A stretch of 64,000 nucleotides of DNA from Euprymna scolopes (GCA_053919585.1 CM132792.1); one strand, 5' to 3'; shown: positions 12,641-25,996, numbered from the stretch's first letter. Numbers and translations are program-made. The notes: a model not told the origin generated them from the letters alone.

Positions 12641-15454
12641 TGTATACTATCATCTATAATATATTTAGATAGACAGATGGATATACAAATAAAGGATATG
12701 CTTTTAATAGCTCCAAAACTTGTCCCAAAGTGTTTCCAACTTTAGAAAATATATGGTTGAAATATGAAAATTAGAGATAATATCCAAGTTGCACTGACAA
12801 CCAAAAAACAATTTTTTTTTTTTAATTTAATTAAGATGAAGTGGCATCATTGCAATTGTTCAATTTTAAGATTTCACTGTTTTTTAAAAATCTTTTTAAA
12901 CTTTCATTTGTTCGCTTCTTTTTTCTCTTTTCTTTTCTGAACAAGTAAAGAGGTAAAGAGTAATATTGTAATAAGATTAATCCCAGTTTTTATTGTTTGT
13001 CTATTTAATCCTAAGTGTTGAATATAAGGGAAATAATTTCATCGACCTTCTTTCTCATCTGAGCAGAGTTGCTTCCCTTGGTATCGGAAATATTTTTTCT
13101 TATTCTTGTTATAGTTAAAAAAAGAAAAGAAAAAGTTAAATTAATTTATAAAATAACCTGAAAATGTGTGATTGTGTTACATCAATTTTTTTTCCACAAA
13201 TATCTGCCACGTTCTTTTCTACCTCAACATCAACTGTGAGCATTTTTAAATAAACTTTATGCATTTTTAAATAAACTTTATGCTATCCAACAAGGTAAAT
13301 AGTTGTGATCCAATTCCTGATCACAATTTTCTTAGACACCATTCTTCTGTTGATTGTGCTTTTCAACCTACTGACATTAGGATAAGGGATGTTTTCACTT
13401 TATTCATTTCTTTCTAAAATAATCCTTTGTTCTTTTGATCTCAAATCCATCTGTATGTGATCCAGGTTCCAAACTCTCTGCCTAATAACATTACAATGTG
13501 GGTATGGCTTCGGAGTGATCACATTCTTAAAAATAGTTGTACCTAGCTCAATTAACTTGCTATCATTTCTTAATTCATATTTACTATTTTAAATGATTAC
13601 TGCTAACAAAATCTATTACTTCCTTTGTTTTTATTTTAACTCTGGTTCTTACTAAGATGAACCCTCCACTTATTTCCTCATAAAAATTACTGAAGTGAGT
13701 CTGACACATACATTCTAATTTACTGACACATACATTCTAAATTACTGAAGTGAGTCTGACACATACATTCTAATTTATTTTGATGAGCTTGTAAGGAAAC
13801 ACCATTTGTTGACCACTGAATTGAATCAAGTAATGATTTCTTATCTTCATTGCAAATCAGAAGAGAAAAATCACAAAGAAGGATAATGTAAAGACTGATA
13901 AACTCCTTCAAACATGCTCGCCAAGACAGATGTGTAAATTAAGAGTTAATGATAAAAGCAAGAAAAAAAGAAAGAAAAAAGGTTCAATAATATACAGTAA
14001 TAGGCAGTAAAAATTAAATACTATTTAAGAGTATTAATGAACCATAATACTTGACTTTTGCTTATTAGCTTCAATTTTCACTAATAATGACTAAACAGTT
14101 TAAAGGTTTCAGAATCATTTTCAAATTTTGAACAATTACAATGTAAACAGATTCAGACAACTTTTTCTTTATTAAATATTGAAGGAAGTAAGATTTCTGA
14201 CCAAATTCTTAGCTGAGCAAGACTTTTCGGAATTTCCTACCCAAATAACTGACAAACTTAAAGAACTAATTCCTTTTCACTTTTTATTTATAGACATTTT
14301 TGGAAGAATATTAAGTCCAAAACACTGTATTTTTACCACTATTGAATAATTATTATCATTTTTACACATAGGTTGAGGTAACAGAAGGGAATGTCAAGAA
14401 AAATATGTAAGGAAATGATAATAACTGATGGGCAAGAGAAAAAGGGATAAGTAAAGACCTGATCATAGATAGGTTAGTTTGGGAGTGAATTTCTAAAAGC
14501 CGTCCAATATATGCCAGCATGTAAAGCAGATGTTAAGTCAATGATGATGAATAAATTAAAATAACTGACACATTACTTCATGATTGCACAAATTTTGGAA
14601 TTAATATACGCTTAAAAAAGGTGCTAAAAAGTAATTACTAGATAGAATTAAAGTTGATACACAAAAGCCAAGTATTATGGTCATGGGCTATTACTTGTTA
14701 AAAATGACTTTCTAAATAAACAATTTTAAATTTTCAAATTTTGCACAGTCACAAAGTAAACAGATTCGGATATCTTTTTAAACTATTGATAAATTAAAAT
14801 GTCCAGCACAATACATCATAACCATGCAAGATTCAGAACTGATTTCTTGGCCAGGAACAAGTGTAGTATTTGTTTTGAGGCTGCATTTTGTCATTTCTGC
14901 CCTTAATCAGCACAAAAGTCCTTCTATACAGAGACAATTTTCTTTCTCGTTCAATCTATAGTGCCCCTTTTTTTGAGGGAGAGTGGGGCCTGGATTTTCC
15001 CCCACTTTAAAAAAATATCTATCTAACTCTGATCTTGTGAGGAGGCATGTAAATAGGAATTGTCAGTTCACAAATAATTATTATTTGTTTTTATCGAAAT
15101 TGCTTAAGACAAGGCATAAAGCCACTTGATGTAAGCTAAAAAAAAAATAAAAAATAAAAATAATACTTCATTATGGTTAAAAACTAGCCAATAATAAGTG
15201 CTAACTGGATAGATTCCGACCAAAAAAAAAAGCAACTTTTTCCCCTGTGTAAGAAACATCGCTGATAGAATGTAAAGGGCAAAATAAAGAGAGCAAGAGT
15301 TACTAAATGTTGATAGACAAAAGTCAAGTATTATGGTTGTGTTTTACTCTTAAAGTATTTTTAAATCATATCCGTCATATCAATGGACCAAAAAATAAAC
15401 TCTGTTGAAAGAAGACAATTTAATAAAGAAAATAAAACAAAAAGAAGTTCCTAC

Positions 15455-18093
15455 CTGCTGTTGAAGGCTTGGAGCCCAAATACTTGTTCCATCATCAACT
15501 TGAGGTTTCGTTGAAACTGGTTCTCCCCAACCTGAATTTTGCTGCTTAGGGTTGTTTACTTTGTTCCACTGGGTATCATCTTTTTGTCTTTGTTGCTGCT
15601 GCTGCTGCTGCTGCTGTTGTTGTTGATGGTGCTGTTGCTGTTGTTGCTGATGGTGATGTTGTTGTTGCTGATGGTGGTGATGCTGTTGTTGCTGTTGGTG
15701 GTGATGCTGCTGTTGCTGCAGCTGCTGCTTTTGTGAACTATTTTGAGGAATACTATTCCAATTTTGAGGTTGTGGTTGTTGAGTGGGATCACCCCAATAT
15801 GAGGTGCCATTGTCAACTTGTCGTCGCTGGGACGGAGGGGACGGTTCCTCCCAGCCACTGCCACCATGCCCGAAAGCTTTCGGTCCTTTGTTGTTCATGT
15901 TGGCGCTGGGATTGTTAGCATTGGAATGGCTAGCATTCCAGGAACCTGTCTCAGTTTTGTTCCAGTTCTTGGCTTGTCCATTTCCGCCACCCATATTGCT
16001 CCCCCCTCCTGTGCTGCTGCCACTGCTACTGCTGCTGCTGCCTCCACTTCCGCCACCGAGACTTCCATTACCTGGGCCAGCACCAGCACCTGCTCCCCCG
16101 TTGCTGCTCCACATACCGACATTCTTATCACCATTGTTGCTGCCAATGTTGGGTTGTGGTTCGACAGGTTGGCTGCCGACATTGTTTCGTATGGAGATGC
16201 TGCCGCCCATGGCATTGTTACTACTGCTGCTGCTACTGCCGCTGCTGCTCATGTTGCTCATTATACTGCTGTTAACCTGAGTGGTGGGGTTGGTATTGTT
16301 GCCAACATTTGTTGTGTTAACACTGTTGTTGCTAACATTGTTGCTCCCAATTACATTGTTGTTACTGCCAATACCCGCACTTGCACATCGCACTGGATTG
16401 TTCGTACTAGCATTGCTGCCACCGGTACTACCGCCATTCCCATTAGAACTGGTACCAACAGCACCTGAGGGTGGTTTGTTAGATTTATCAACCCAAGTAC
16501 CAGAATTGTCAGTTTCATGGTGGTAGCCAGACGTCCCAGGCCTGCCAGCAGTACCGTACCATATTGCAGTGCCATCTTTGGTTCCTTCCCAAATGGCAGT
16601 ACCATTACTGCTGCCATTATTCCAGACATTTGATTCCTCCTCAAATTTCCGTTTTGATTTGGGAGAGAATTGCACAACCCAGGTACTATCCTGCCTGATT
16701 GGTCGTGATCCCCATCCTTCGTTGCTTTCAATTAGCCTCTTTATTTCCTCCCGCTGAGCAGTGATAGAAGAACGAGATCCATTGTTCCCAGCAGCAGGAT
16801 TTCCACTATTGGAATTCGAACTTGCAGAAGTATTGAGTCCCTTTCCAGCAGCCTGTGCCCACGTACTGGGCTGGGGTTTAGGGTTTGGATTCGAAGATGA
16901 CAAATTCCCTACGCCTCCTCCTACTACTCCCCCTCCGACTTGGTGATGGTGATTTATGTTATTCTTGTTGCTGCTATTATTGTTGCTAGATGTGTTGTTA
17001 TTCGCGGTGGTATTGTTCCACTGTCCTTGTAAATTTGCGTTGCTAGCCGCTTGGTTATTTGAGACCCCCCTTTGTCCAGCAGCATTGCTCCACTCGGTGT
17101 TGACGCTTGTCGCCGGCGATACAGCTCGGTCCCAGGTGTTTGTGTTCTTCTTTGTATTCCCGTTATTGGCACCCGACAATACACTCCAATTTGATGAGAC
17201 ATCAGAATTTTGCTGGCACGTATTATCAATTTGCTTGTCGTCTCCCTGATTGTTGATCACAAGTGATCGGTTATTCTGATTGGCATTTCCAATACCTGGA
17301 ACATTGACACTACTCCAACTGGACTCATTGCAATTGTTGCCACGAAGTGAAGATGTACCCGGTGGTGGTGGCATACCCTGGTTGACCCCCTGCCACAATA
17401 ATGGATTGCCGGTATGTCCCCCCCTTGACTGGCAGCCACCCTGAGGTTCACTTGTATTGAGTGAAGCACCATTGTTTGGTACAGATCTGTTGTGACTGTT
17501 CATGTCCCCTGTGCCAGCATTATGTTGCATCAGCTGCATGGCTGTTGTTGGGGGACGACCAATTCCGCCACCACCCTGAGAAGCAGGTCCTCCCCAGGCC
17601 ATACTGGAGATGTTGCTTGAAGTAAATGAATTCATGGAATTACCATCACTTCCAGCAGAACTGGCACGAATTTGCATATTGTGACCTTGGTTATTCATCG
17701 AAAGACTAGGGGGGAGAGTGCTCCACCCTGTACTGTTGAGATTGGCAGAATTATTAGAGATGTTCCCAGCATTCCAGGTATGTCTTTCAAGTCCATTGAA
17801 ATTGGGATTAGAGCTCCACGTGGAAGTACTTTGACCCTGCATGGCACTTGACCCTTGACTGGTCTCAAGACCTTGGTTTTGGTAGCTTGAGCTAGATATC
17901 ACAGATCCTGAATTAATGGAACCATAGTTACCTCCAAAAGGAGAGGCTCTGTTCCAGTATTTATTTCTGATAGAAGGCCAAGCCTCCTTATTCTTTTTTT
18001 CAACAGCTAAGTCGTTGCTTGTTTGCCACCCTAATCCTGGATTGTTGTGCCAGGGACTTGGTTTCTGGATTTTTTCATTTGAAGTGACAGAAT
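15455..18093 (-). CDS. TNRC6: GW182/TNRC6-family protein, large internal exon (2639 nt): GW/WG-rich Argonaute-binding region and polyQ/H tract
   Basis: Lies within the 912-aa ORF, which is rich in G/S/N with spaced Trp. Motifs GWEEPSPP, VDNGTSYWG, GWGEP, VDDGTSIW and NGTAIW resemble GW182 Ago-binding motifs. Acceptor is ttttttattctag|AT (phase 1) and donor is CAG|gtagga (phase 0); the ORF ends outside these sites read like intron. Confidence 0.93.
15592..15731 (-). repeat. Coding CAG/CAA/CAY trinucleotide repeat (polyQ interrupted by His runs)
   Basis: QQQLQQQQHHHQQQQQHHHHQQQQHHHQQQQQQHHQQQQQQQQQQQQ in the large exon. Confidence 0.95.
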
Positions 18094-18339
18094 CTAGAAT
18101 AAAAAAAAAAATAATCAATATAATTATTTAATTTTTATTTAATTATTTTACTGTAAAAAAAACAAACAAACAAAAAAAAACCTTCATATGGAACACATTT
18201 AAAATGAGTAACACATCTGAGAGAAAAAGGAGACAAAAAATATAACCATATGAAAATCATCTTAGGCTATACACTGTTGCAACCAGTATGACAGATTTAA
18301 TGGTAAATACTATTGAACTGACTTTATATTAATTATGTA

Positions 18340-18700
18340 TGATTCAGATTATTTGGACTACTGTTCTTAAACCTGCAATGTTTCAGATAATGTAATCTCT
18401 GACCTTCAGGTGCATCTTGTTAAAATTAGGAATCTGTACTGAATTCGAGAAAGAACCATTTACTTAATTCGTCCAACATATGCAAGCATAAAATGTAAAA
18501 TGGATATTAAACCGATGATCATGACCATCAGCTTTTATTCTATCAGTCATGATCAGAAAGAAGTAATTACATTCTTAGTATTCATCATATTATTCATTAG
18601 ATTCTTGGTATTCGTCCATACTGAGGATTCAACTTTCAATCTCTAAAAGCACTTAGAATTGATTATTACTTAACACTTTATCTGTTATGTTATGGATTCA
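18340..18700 (-). mobile_element. Penelope-like terminal repeat copy, interrupted by an RTE-like 3' tail (about 18470-18530)
   Basis: Shares ttatttggactactgttct, cttcaggtgcatcttgtt and atactgaggatt blocks with the other copies. Confidence 0.6.
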
Positions 18701-19814
18701 TATTCAAAGTATATAATTACAAATTACTATGGACTTCTGCCTGTTTGGGGCTGATTGAACAATAGCAGTCTACTCCCATTGTGAATTAAATAAAAGGTCT
18801 TATTCAAAATTCCACACAATTCTGGATCCAACAAAATGCACGTGAAAAAGGTCAAAAGTTATAAAAGTCAAAACATTGTAAGAATAACATCTAAGATGAG
18901 AAGAATAATTTGAATAATCTAAATCATCTTAAAAATTCTGAAGCATAATACCTTTATATATTATAGATGTCAAATTGTAATGAAATCAGATGTATATAAA
19001 ATGTATCCAATAAATGCCACTTAAACTGTAATGAAGAAAACAAAAACTAAAAAAACATTAGAAATATATTTCAGTTTTTATACAATCTGCTACAAATTAT
19101 TAGGACCTTTCAATATGCATAATATTTTTATTCTTATTTGTTTCTTAAATAAAAGATTACTTTATTATAAATAATTAAAAAATACATTATATAAAAAACT
19201 TCATATTTTTTTATATCTCAAACTTAAACATTGCTTAAAATTTTGAAATTTACTTCATAAGTTTGTGTTAAATAAGGTTCTTGTTTAATTTGTAAGCTTT
19301 AATCTAGTTCTTTGTTAATATGTTAATAGAAATTAAAAAACTTTAGTAATAACAGTAAACTCACATTTTTAAATGGCAACAAAACATTGTCTTTTTTAGA
19401 TTTTTCTTTCTACTTTTATAAAACATACACTTTTATTCAATTCCATTCTTCATTTCTTTAATATTCATTGTCCACTTTAGATTTATTTAATCAATTTTTT
19501 GTAATTTTAAAAATGAGATCAGGAAGACTTATTTTCAGTATTTATTCTATTTTTTAAGAAATTGAAAAAAAAAAAAAAATTCTGCAAAGTTTTAAAACTA
19601 ATCAAAATTAATATAATATTTTTAATGCAATTTTTTCCCTTAGTATAATTTATTAAACAGAAATAGGAATATATTACAAATGAAAATAAATTAATATAAA
19701 AAGAGAAAAGTGTCCAACGTCAATAACAATGTAGGAATGTAATACCAAATAATTAATAAACAGTCCTTTTTGAAACTAATAAGCAAATTCAACAGAAAAA
19801 TCATTTTCTAATTC

Positions 19815-20130
19815 AACTTGGATTGTTCAAACTACTGTTCTCATCCTGGATGTTATTCTCATAAGATTTCCACTGATGTCATCTTCAATCTTCCTCAACT
19901 GTGTCTTGTTAAACACAAGAATCTGTACAGAATTTTGAATAGAACATTATTTAATCCACAAGGTGTGTGGGATTGATGTGTTAGGTTGTTCTAGTCCACT
20001 CAGCCATGACCAGCAATTTGTAATTGTATTCTTAGTATCATTTGTACTGAGGATTGAGACTCCAACCTCCAAAAAATTGTTACTTACAACTGATTACACT
20101 TAGCACTTTATCCATTGTGCCACAGATTCA
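19815..20130 (-). mobile_element. Penelope-like terminal repeat copy (degenerate)
   Basis: actactgttctcatc ... attgtattcttagtatca ... tactgaggattga ... agcactttatccattgtgccac blocks. Confidence 0.6.
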
Positions 20131-21815
20131 TGTGAACAATTTTAAGAGGCTTAAACATATTCTTGAGTGTTACTAGATTATCACTCCTGTTCTGTATCAA
20201 AATATATTTCTAAACAAAAGTTTAATTCAATATGTTTCACTATCCATATGCTTATTAATTATGCCAGCATAGAAAACTGCAAAAGCAAATGATGTCAACT
20301 ACAAAGGAAAAAATTAACTCTAAATTGACTAATGTTTTCATTTTTTAGTGTTATTTGCACAACCTTTCGATTGATGTAATCTGGAAACATCTTCAGGTGT
20401 ATATACAAAACAGCAAAATATATACCTGAAGAAGGTTGGAGGTTAGATTGACAGAAACTTTGTGCAAATAACACTCGAAGTGAAAACATTAGTCCGATTA
20501 ATCCAAATAATACAAAATAAAGATCTGTGAGAACACATGGTTGTCATTGTTATCACTACTACTACTATTATTATTTATCTGAAAACTATACTTAATCATT
20601 AGTAATTAGAATGTGTTTGTTTTTATATAAATAACAAAACTGTTGATGGAGGTGGGGTGTATAGATGCATCCAACTTAATTTTATTACTTGTCAAGTCTT
20701 TTTTCAAAATTTGGACAAATATTTAATTTTATCCAATAAATTTATTAAATGTCGACATGAATTTAAAGCAAGATAAAGAAAAGTGTAGCATCTGCTTTAA
20801 TACTATACTTAATTTTTAGCCTTCATTAACAAAGATGAAATCCTTCTAGATCAGGGCAATTTTGAAAAAATTATCCCAATCAAGAGAGCTGAGATTTTTT
20901 TCCTCACATCAAGAACGAACATTGTGCATAACTCAGTACCCATAAAGAAGTAAGTAAATAGGGACACTAATTTTATTTAATTCTCAGCAGTTTTTATTGA
21001 ACAGATAGCAGTTTTGTTTTCTTCTAAAACAAGAATGTCCACAAAATAATTACAGTTCAAAACTTTGGATTTTTGGAAGACAATTTAAAAGATGTGTTGT
21101 CTAAACAGTTTCCCTGCTATCAAAAATAAGGTTATATTGTTGTTTATTCAGTTTAAAACATAACGATTCAAACTATGTTGTCAGAAGTATACATGATTAC
21201 AAATAATAATGTTTTTAAATACTTTTTGTTTTTGTTTTACATTTTGAATAAAAATATGTGATTTATGCCTATCCATTGCAATTATATTTCAAGTGAAACA
21301 GATTATCTCTTTAACAAATAAGTTAATCTATGATTATTTAAAAATAGTTTGGTGTTACATATTTGTAAGTTAATGCTATATCATTTCTAGCAATTAAATT
21401 ATCATTATTATAGTCGATTTAAAACTCATATTACATGTTTGCATGTGTTAGGTGCTTTTTTAAACTAATCTTTTCTGTGACGTTCCCCTATGAAATGGAA
21501 CTGTTTCTTAACTGTTCTCCACTGATCTAAGAACTCTCATGCATTCTTTCAACGTGGCCATACCACTAAAGTCTCCTATTTTGCACACCTCATTATACTG
21601 TCCAGATTTAATTTTTCTCCAAAGTACTTAGATCTAAACCTGTCTTTAAAACTACATTTCTCTCTATGTCAGTATCACCAAGGTAATAAAACTATGCATG
21701 GCTATAATTGTAATAAGACAAAATTACATAAATTGCAGAATTTCAACAATGTTTTTCTAAGCTAATAATTTAAATTTCTGATTTAAGTCTCCTAAACCTA
21801 ATAATAAACCTAATA

Positions 21816-21902
21816 ATATAGCAGACAGGACAATACAGTTTTTATTATTTCTATCAAAATGTGATAGAAATAATAAAAACTGTATTGTCCTGTCTGCTAT
21901 AT
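21816..21902. repeat. Perfect inverted repeat: 41-bp arms, 5-nt loop
   Basis: atatagcagacaggacaatacagtttttattatttctatca-aaatg-tgatagaaataataaaaactgtattgtcctgtctgctatat. Confidence 0.97.
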
Positions 21903-22414
21903 CATTTGGATTATTTGGACTGATATTCTCACTTTGGTTATTATATTTACAACATTTCAAAACCTCCAGCAGGTACATCTGTTTAAACTTAGGAACTTAA
22001 TAGTCAAACATCTGAATAACAAACTTAAAATGCCTGAACAACACCATTGGCATTTCCAACTAGAGGCAGGTCAGGTCATTAGCAATAAACTCACTTCTTA
22101 GAGAGAAGAGGAATTCTGGGAAGGTGAACTTCCTAGGATTGATAAGAACCATATCTCAGCCTGACAGCAACGTCAACTGATCAATAAATGATTAAAATTC
22201 TGTACATTTCCAAATGAAAAAAAACATGCAACTGAAGATGGGCAGAGGTTACATCATTTGAAACGTGAAAATAACCATGAAGAGAAAAGAACACAAATAT
22301 AAATTAGTAATTCTCATCAAGAATTCTGAAACATTTTAAATTTGTTAATTTTACTAATTTCTACATAATTCATTATAAATTAGAGTTATAACTACATTAT
22401 GTTCTTGGCCTTTT

Positions 22415-22595
22415 TGGTCAAGATCAAAGTGTAGTATCTGTTCTTCAGATGCTGCACTTCCATTTCTTGTTCTCTTTCGGTGGAGGAGAAATCCTTCACG
22501 ACCAAGACAATTTTTATTTTTGTACCTTTTCTCCACGTTAAAAAACGACCCTGGTGTCTAACTCTGTCCCGTGGGGAGGCATAGTAAATAGGTAC
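22415..22595 (+). mobile_element. SINE-like dispersed repeat (family C)
   Basis: Near-identical to the reverse complement of 49423-49584. Diverged relatives at about 8080-8260 and 32118-32290. Confidence 0.7.
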
Positions 22596-23358
22596 ATTAT
22601 GTTATAGATGATACAATTTCAATACAAATTAAATTATGTAAGATAGAGCTGCTTGCACTTCATTCAATTTTGTATATTATTTGGAAAGTAAAGAAACTGC
22701 ATTCAGGCTTTTCCTCCTAGAAAATTTTAAGGAAAATTGTTCATAGTTTGGAATTCAGAATTTGTGAAAAACTAGTTTCATGCTAATAGTCATCATTACT
22801 GTCAAGACCCAAAGGCCAGTCAAAGATAAGGATTAATGAGTTTGTCAGGTGGACAATGAAACAACATCTTAAGATTATCGACAATGGGTGAACGAAGCAG
22901 AAGTTCATTATTTAAGATGATGGTTCAACAAGAATTTGTTTACATTGAAATTGTAAACTATGTTGTAGCTAGATAAGTTTTTGCTGTGAAGTTACCAGAG
23001 ATTGGAGCTCAGTCGAGTACCTACCATCAGCAATGTGTGTTCTGGGAGAAAATGGTTGTAGGGAAGAGATCATCTTCCACTAAATTTTGAACTCGATTTT
23101 GTACACTGTCAAGATGAGAAAGAGTGCTTTGAATAGCATCTCCCTACATATGGCAATGGTAATTTTCTATAAGTAGAGGAATTTAATCAGTTACCAAGAA
23201 TTTTAATGCTACCTTTGTTGGTTCCATTTCCATGTTAAACTAGCAATACTTTCATAGGATTAAAAGAGATACTCCATTCAAAATTGATAATTTTCAAAAT
23301 ATCACAAATACCTCCTAAAATGCAAAAAGGATTTTTTTTAAATCAAAATGTAGCGCTG

Positions 23359-23389
<31 letters not shown>

Positions 23390-23999
23390 AAAGTTTATTA
23401 CAAGCTTTAAATTATTTTAAATGAATTAAAAGTTATTTTCGGTAATCATTTTTATGTCTTATTACAAGACATGTTATAGCAGAATTCTAAAAACATCAAA
23501 TAACAAATATGCCAAAATCAAATGATGTAAAAAAAAAAAAAAAAAAAAAAATACATTCAAAATGAAAAAAAAAAAAATAAATCGACAAGTAAAAAAAAAC
23601 AAAAAACGATAATATGAAAATAAGTACCAAAAAAATAAAACAAAAACCAAACTGATCACTTCAAAGGGAATAGAAATGAGAGAGCTATGGGAGGGTAGAC
23701 AAAGGCAGAGATTTAACTATCACTTTATGTCGGATTTAGCAAAAAAGGACCCTTGTAAAAAAGGAAAAAAGAAATTCCCTGGAAAGATCAGTTTAGCTGC
23801 ATGATTAAATGAATGGATAATAGAATATCTGAAACATGTGCAAATGAACCGTGAAAGAAAAAAAAAAAAATGGTTAAAAAAAAAAAAAGAAAAAAAAAAG
23901 ACAATGAAACGTTTCCATGATCGATTAAGTGGAATGGATATCACAGCCGTCATCTCGAATACTTTAAGAGAGGCCTAACAATCTTCAATAGAATAATAC

Positions 24000-24169
24000 C
24001 TGCTGACACTCCAGGGATGAGTCCTTGAAAGCCTTCAAAATTCATTTGGCACTCTGCCAGACATTTTCCTATGCCATGTGGGTTGTGTGGAGACCCGCAC
24101 AGCATGACACTTATTTTGAAGAAGGGAAGCTGTGTGCAAGGGTTTGGGAGGAGACAAGCCAACTTTTTC
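24000..24169 (-). CDS. TNRC6: Candidate upstream TNRC6 exon (170 nt)
   Basis: GC-elevated non-repeat island; cactgcag|G ... GCAG|gtatta. The open frame (KKLACLLPNP...MLCGS...MNFEGFQGLIPGVSA) ends in phase 1, matching the large exon acceptor (G|AT = Asp). Both splice sites are only moderately strong. Confidence 0.55.
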
Positions 24170-24528
24170 CTGCAGTGCGATAAATATATAAATTTTCGTT
24201 TATAAATAGTAAGTCTGATTTATATTGCAAATTTTTAATTTATCTATCATGACAGCGACAACTATCGAAATAAGCTTGAATACAAAAAGGAGAAAGAAAT
24301 TAAATATAAAACACCCAACCATTTAAAATAAATACATTTAATGTCTCAATAAAGTTAATATCTAGTTAAATAATTAAAAAAGTCAATTAGGGAAATAATT
24401 TGATGAATATGAAAAAGCTATCATTTAATTATTTGTTTATTGCACACAACAATACGGGGCCATATAAATATATGAAAAATAAAATTATCCATAAAGCCGA
24501 TTATGAGCCCTGATCAAAAAATTATTTG

Positions 24529-24564
<36 letters not shown>

Positions 24565-25694
24565 CATGGAAACTTTTGCAAAGCAGGTTCATTCGCAGTT
24601 TTAAGAGTACATAAAAAATGATTTTAATAATAAAAAAGTTAGAAGAATTAAAAAATTTATATACATTTTCAAATCGTTATTTTTTTTTTTTTTTGCAAGA
24701 CCATAAAAAATTGATAAATAAAATAAGTATATTCTCATCAAAAACAACTCGAAAATACAAATGTGTGAAATTATCTGTAGATTCCAAAATCAAAAACTTT
24801 TAAGCATATGCAATTTGTAAGAGCAAAGCTTTGAGTCTTTATCAGTGTGTGTGTGAGAGAGAATAAAAAGTGTTTCACAAGTAAAAAAAAAAATATATAT
24901 ATATATCATCAAAATTTAATGCAACAATAAAAAATGAAAAACTTCTAAGTTATTAAAGAAAGCATCTAAATGGTTAAGGAGTTGAATGCAGGGCAAGTGA
25001 AATGTTTGAAATATGAAAAAATTATTTTTTATTTAGAATATCAGAAAAGCTGAATTTCCATGAAGATATTATGAATATACGTTTTGAATTAGAATAAAAT
25101 ATTTGTTCTTCATCACAGGAAAATTATTTGCAATTTTATAAGTTGTTTTAAAAAATTCCAATGTATTTTTTTACATTTCAAGACACATAATTACATGAAA
25201 TAGAAAAACTGTAAAATGCAATAGTTAAAAAAAAAAAAAATTATTGTGCTTATTTTTATTGAGATGGATTTAATATATGGCAATTGTAAATAGAATAACA
25301 GGAAAACTGAAGGATATACTTTTTTTCAGTGAAAACTATTAGTGAACACCAAAAATTACAGAAAATAAGTAAATAGAATTTTAATAAAAAATAAAATTCA
25401 TTTTCTATTCAGAGTCAACAACAACATTCGCCTCAAGTCACTGTATCGTAGAAGATTATAATATTCCTTTCTTCTAATATGAAAACACCACACATTCCTG
25501 TGGTTGAGAGTTTGTTCACTCTGAATAATAAATTTATTTTATGTTTTATTTAAATTCTATTCATTTATTTTCCATAAGTTATTGTGCACACTAATAATTT
25601 TCACTGATAAGTATAAGTTTTCCTGTTATTTCATTTTTAACTGCCATATTTCACATGTACTCCAATAAAAACAAACATTGAACTTACTTATTTA

Positions 25695-25733
<39 letters not shown>

Positions 25734-25952
25734 AATAAAATTAAAGACTGTAAAAATTTATTTTACATTAATTTATTGTTCAACAGGATACTCAAAAAAG
25801 GTATTATGAAATTTCCTTAATCCACACAATTTCAAAGAAATATGTTCTTCTCATCAGAGGAAAGTTATTATCAAATGAATATTATAGCAAAGCTGTGAAT
25901 TTGCTGGTACTGACATTAATTGAAACAGCAATTGATATAGATATATATATAT

Positions 25953-25996
<44 letters not shown>

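Noticed and set aside
15539-17472. Numerous overlapping and antisense ORFs (poly-Leu, poly-Ala, poly-Pro) over the large exon
   Set aside because: Shadow frames of low-complexity, stop-poor GW182 codons, with no independent evidence.
15380-18118. 912-aa ORF as a complete single-exon gene
   Set aside because: Both ends (MIIFFFIL, VGTSFCFIFF...) are intronic read-through past clear splice sites.
22354-22536. 60-aa ORF as a TNRC6 exon
   Set aside because: It lies in a SINE-like repeat that recurs at 49423-49584.
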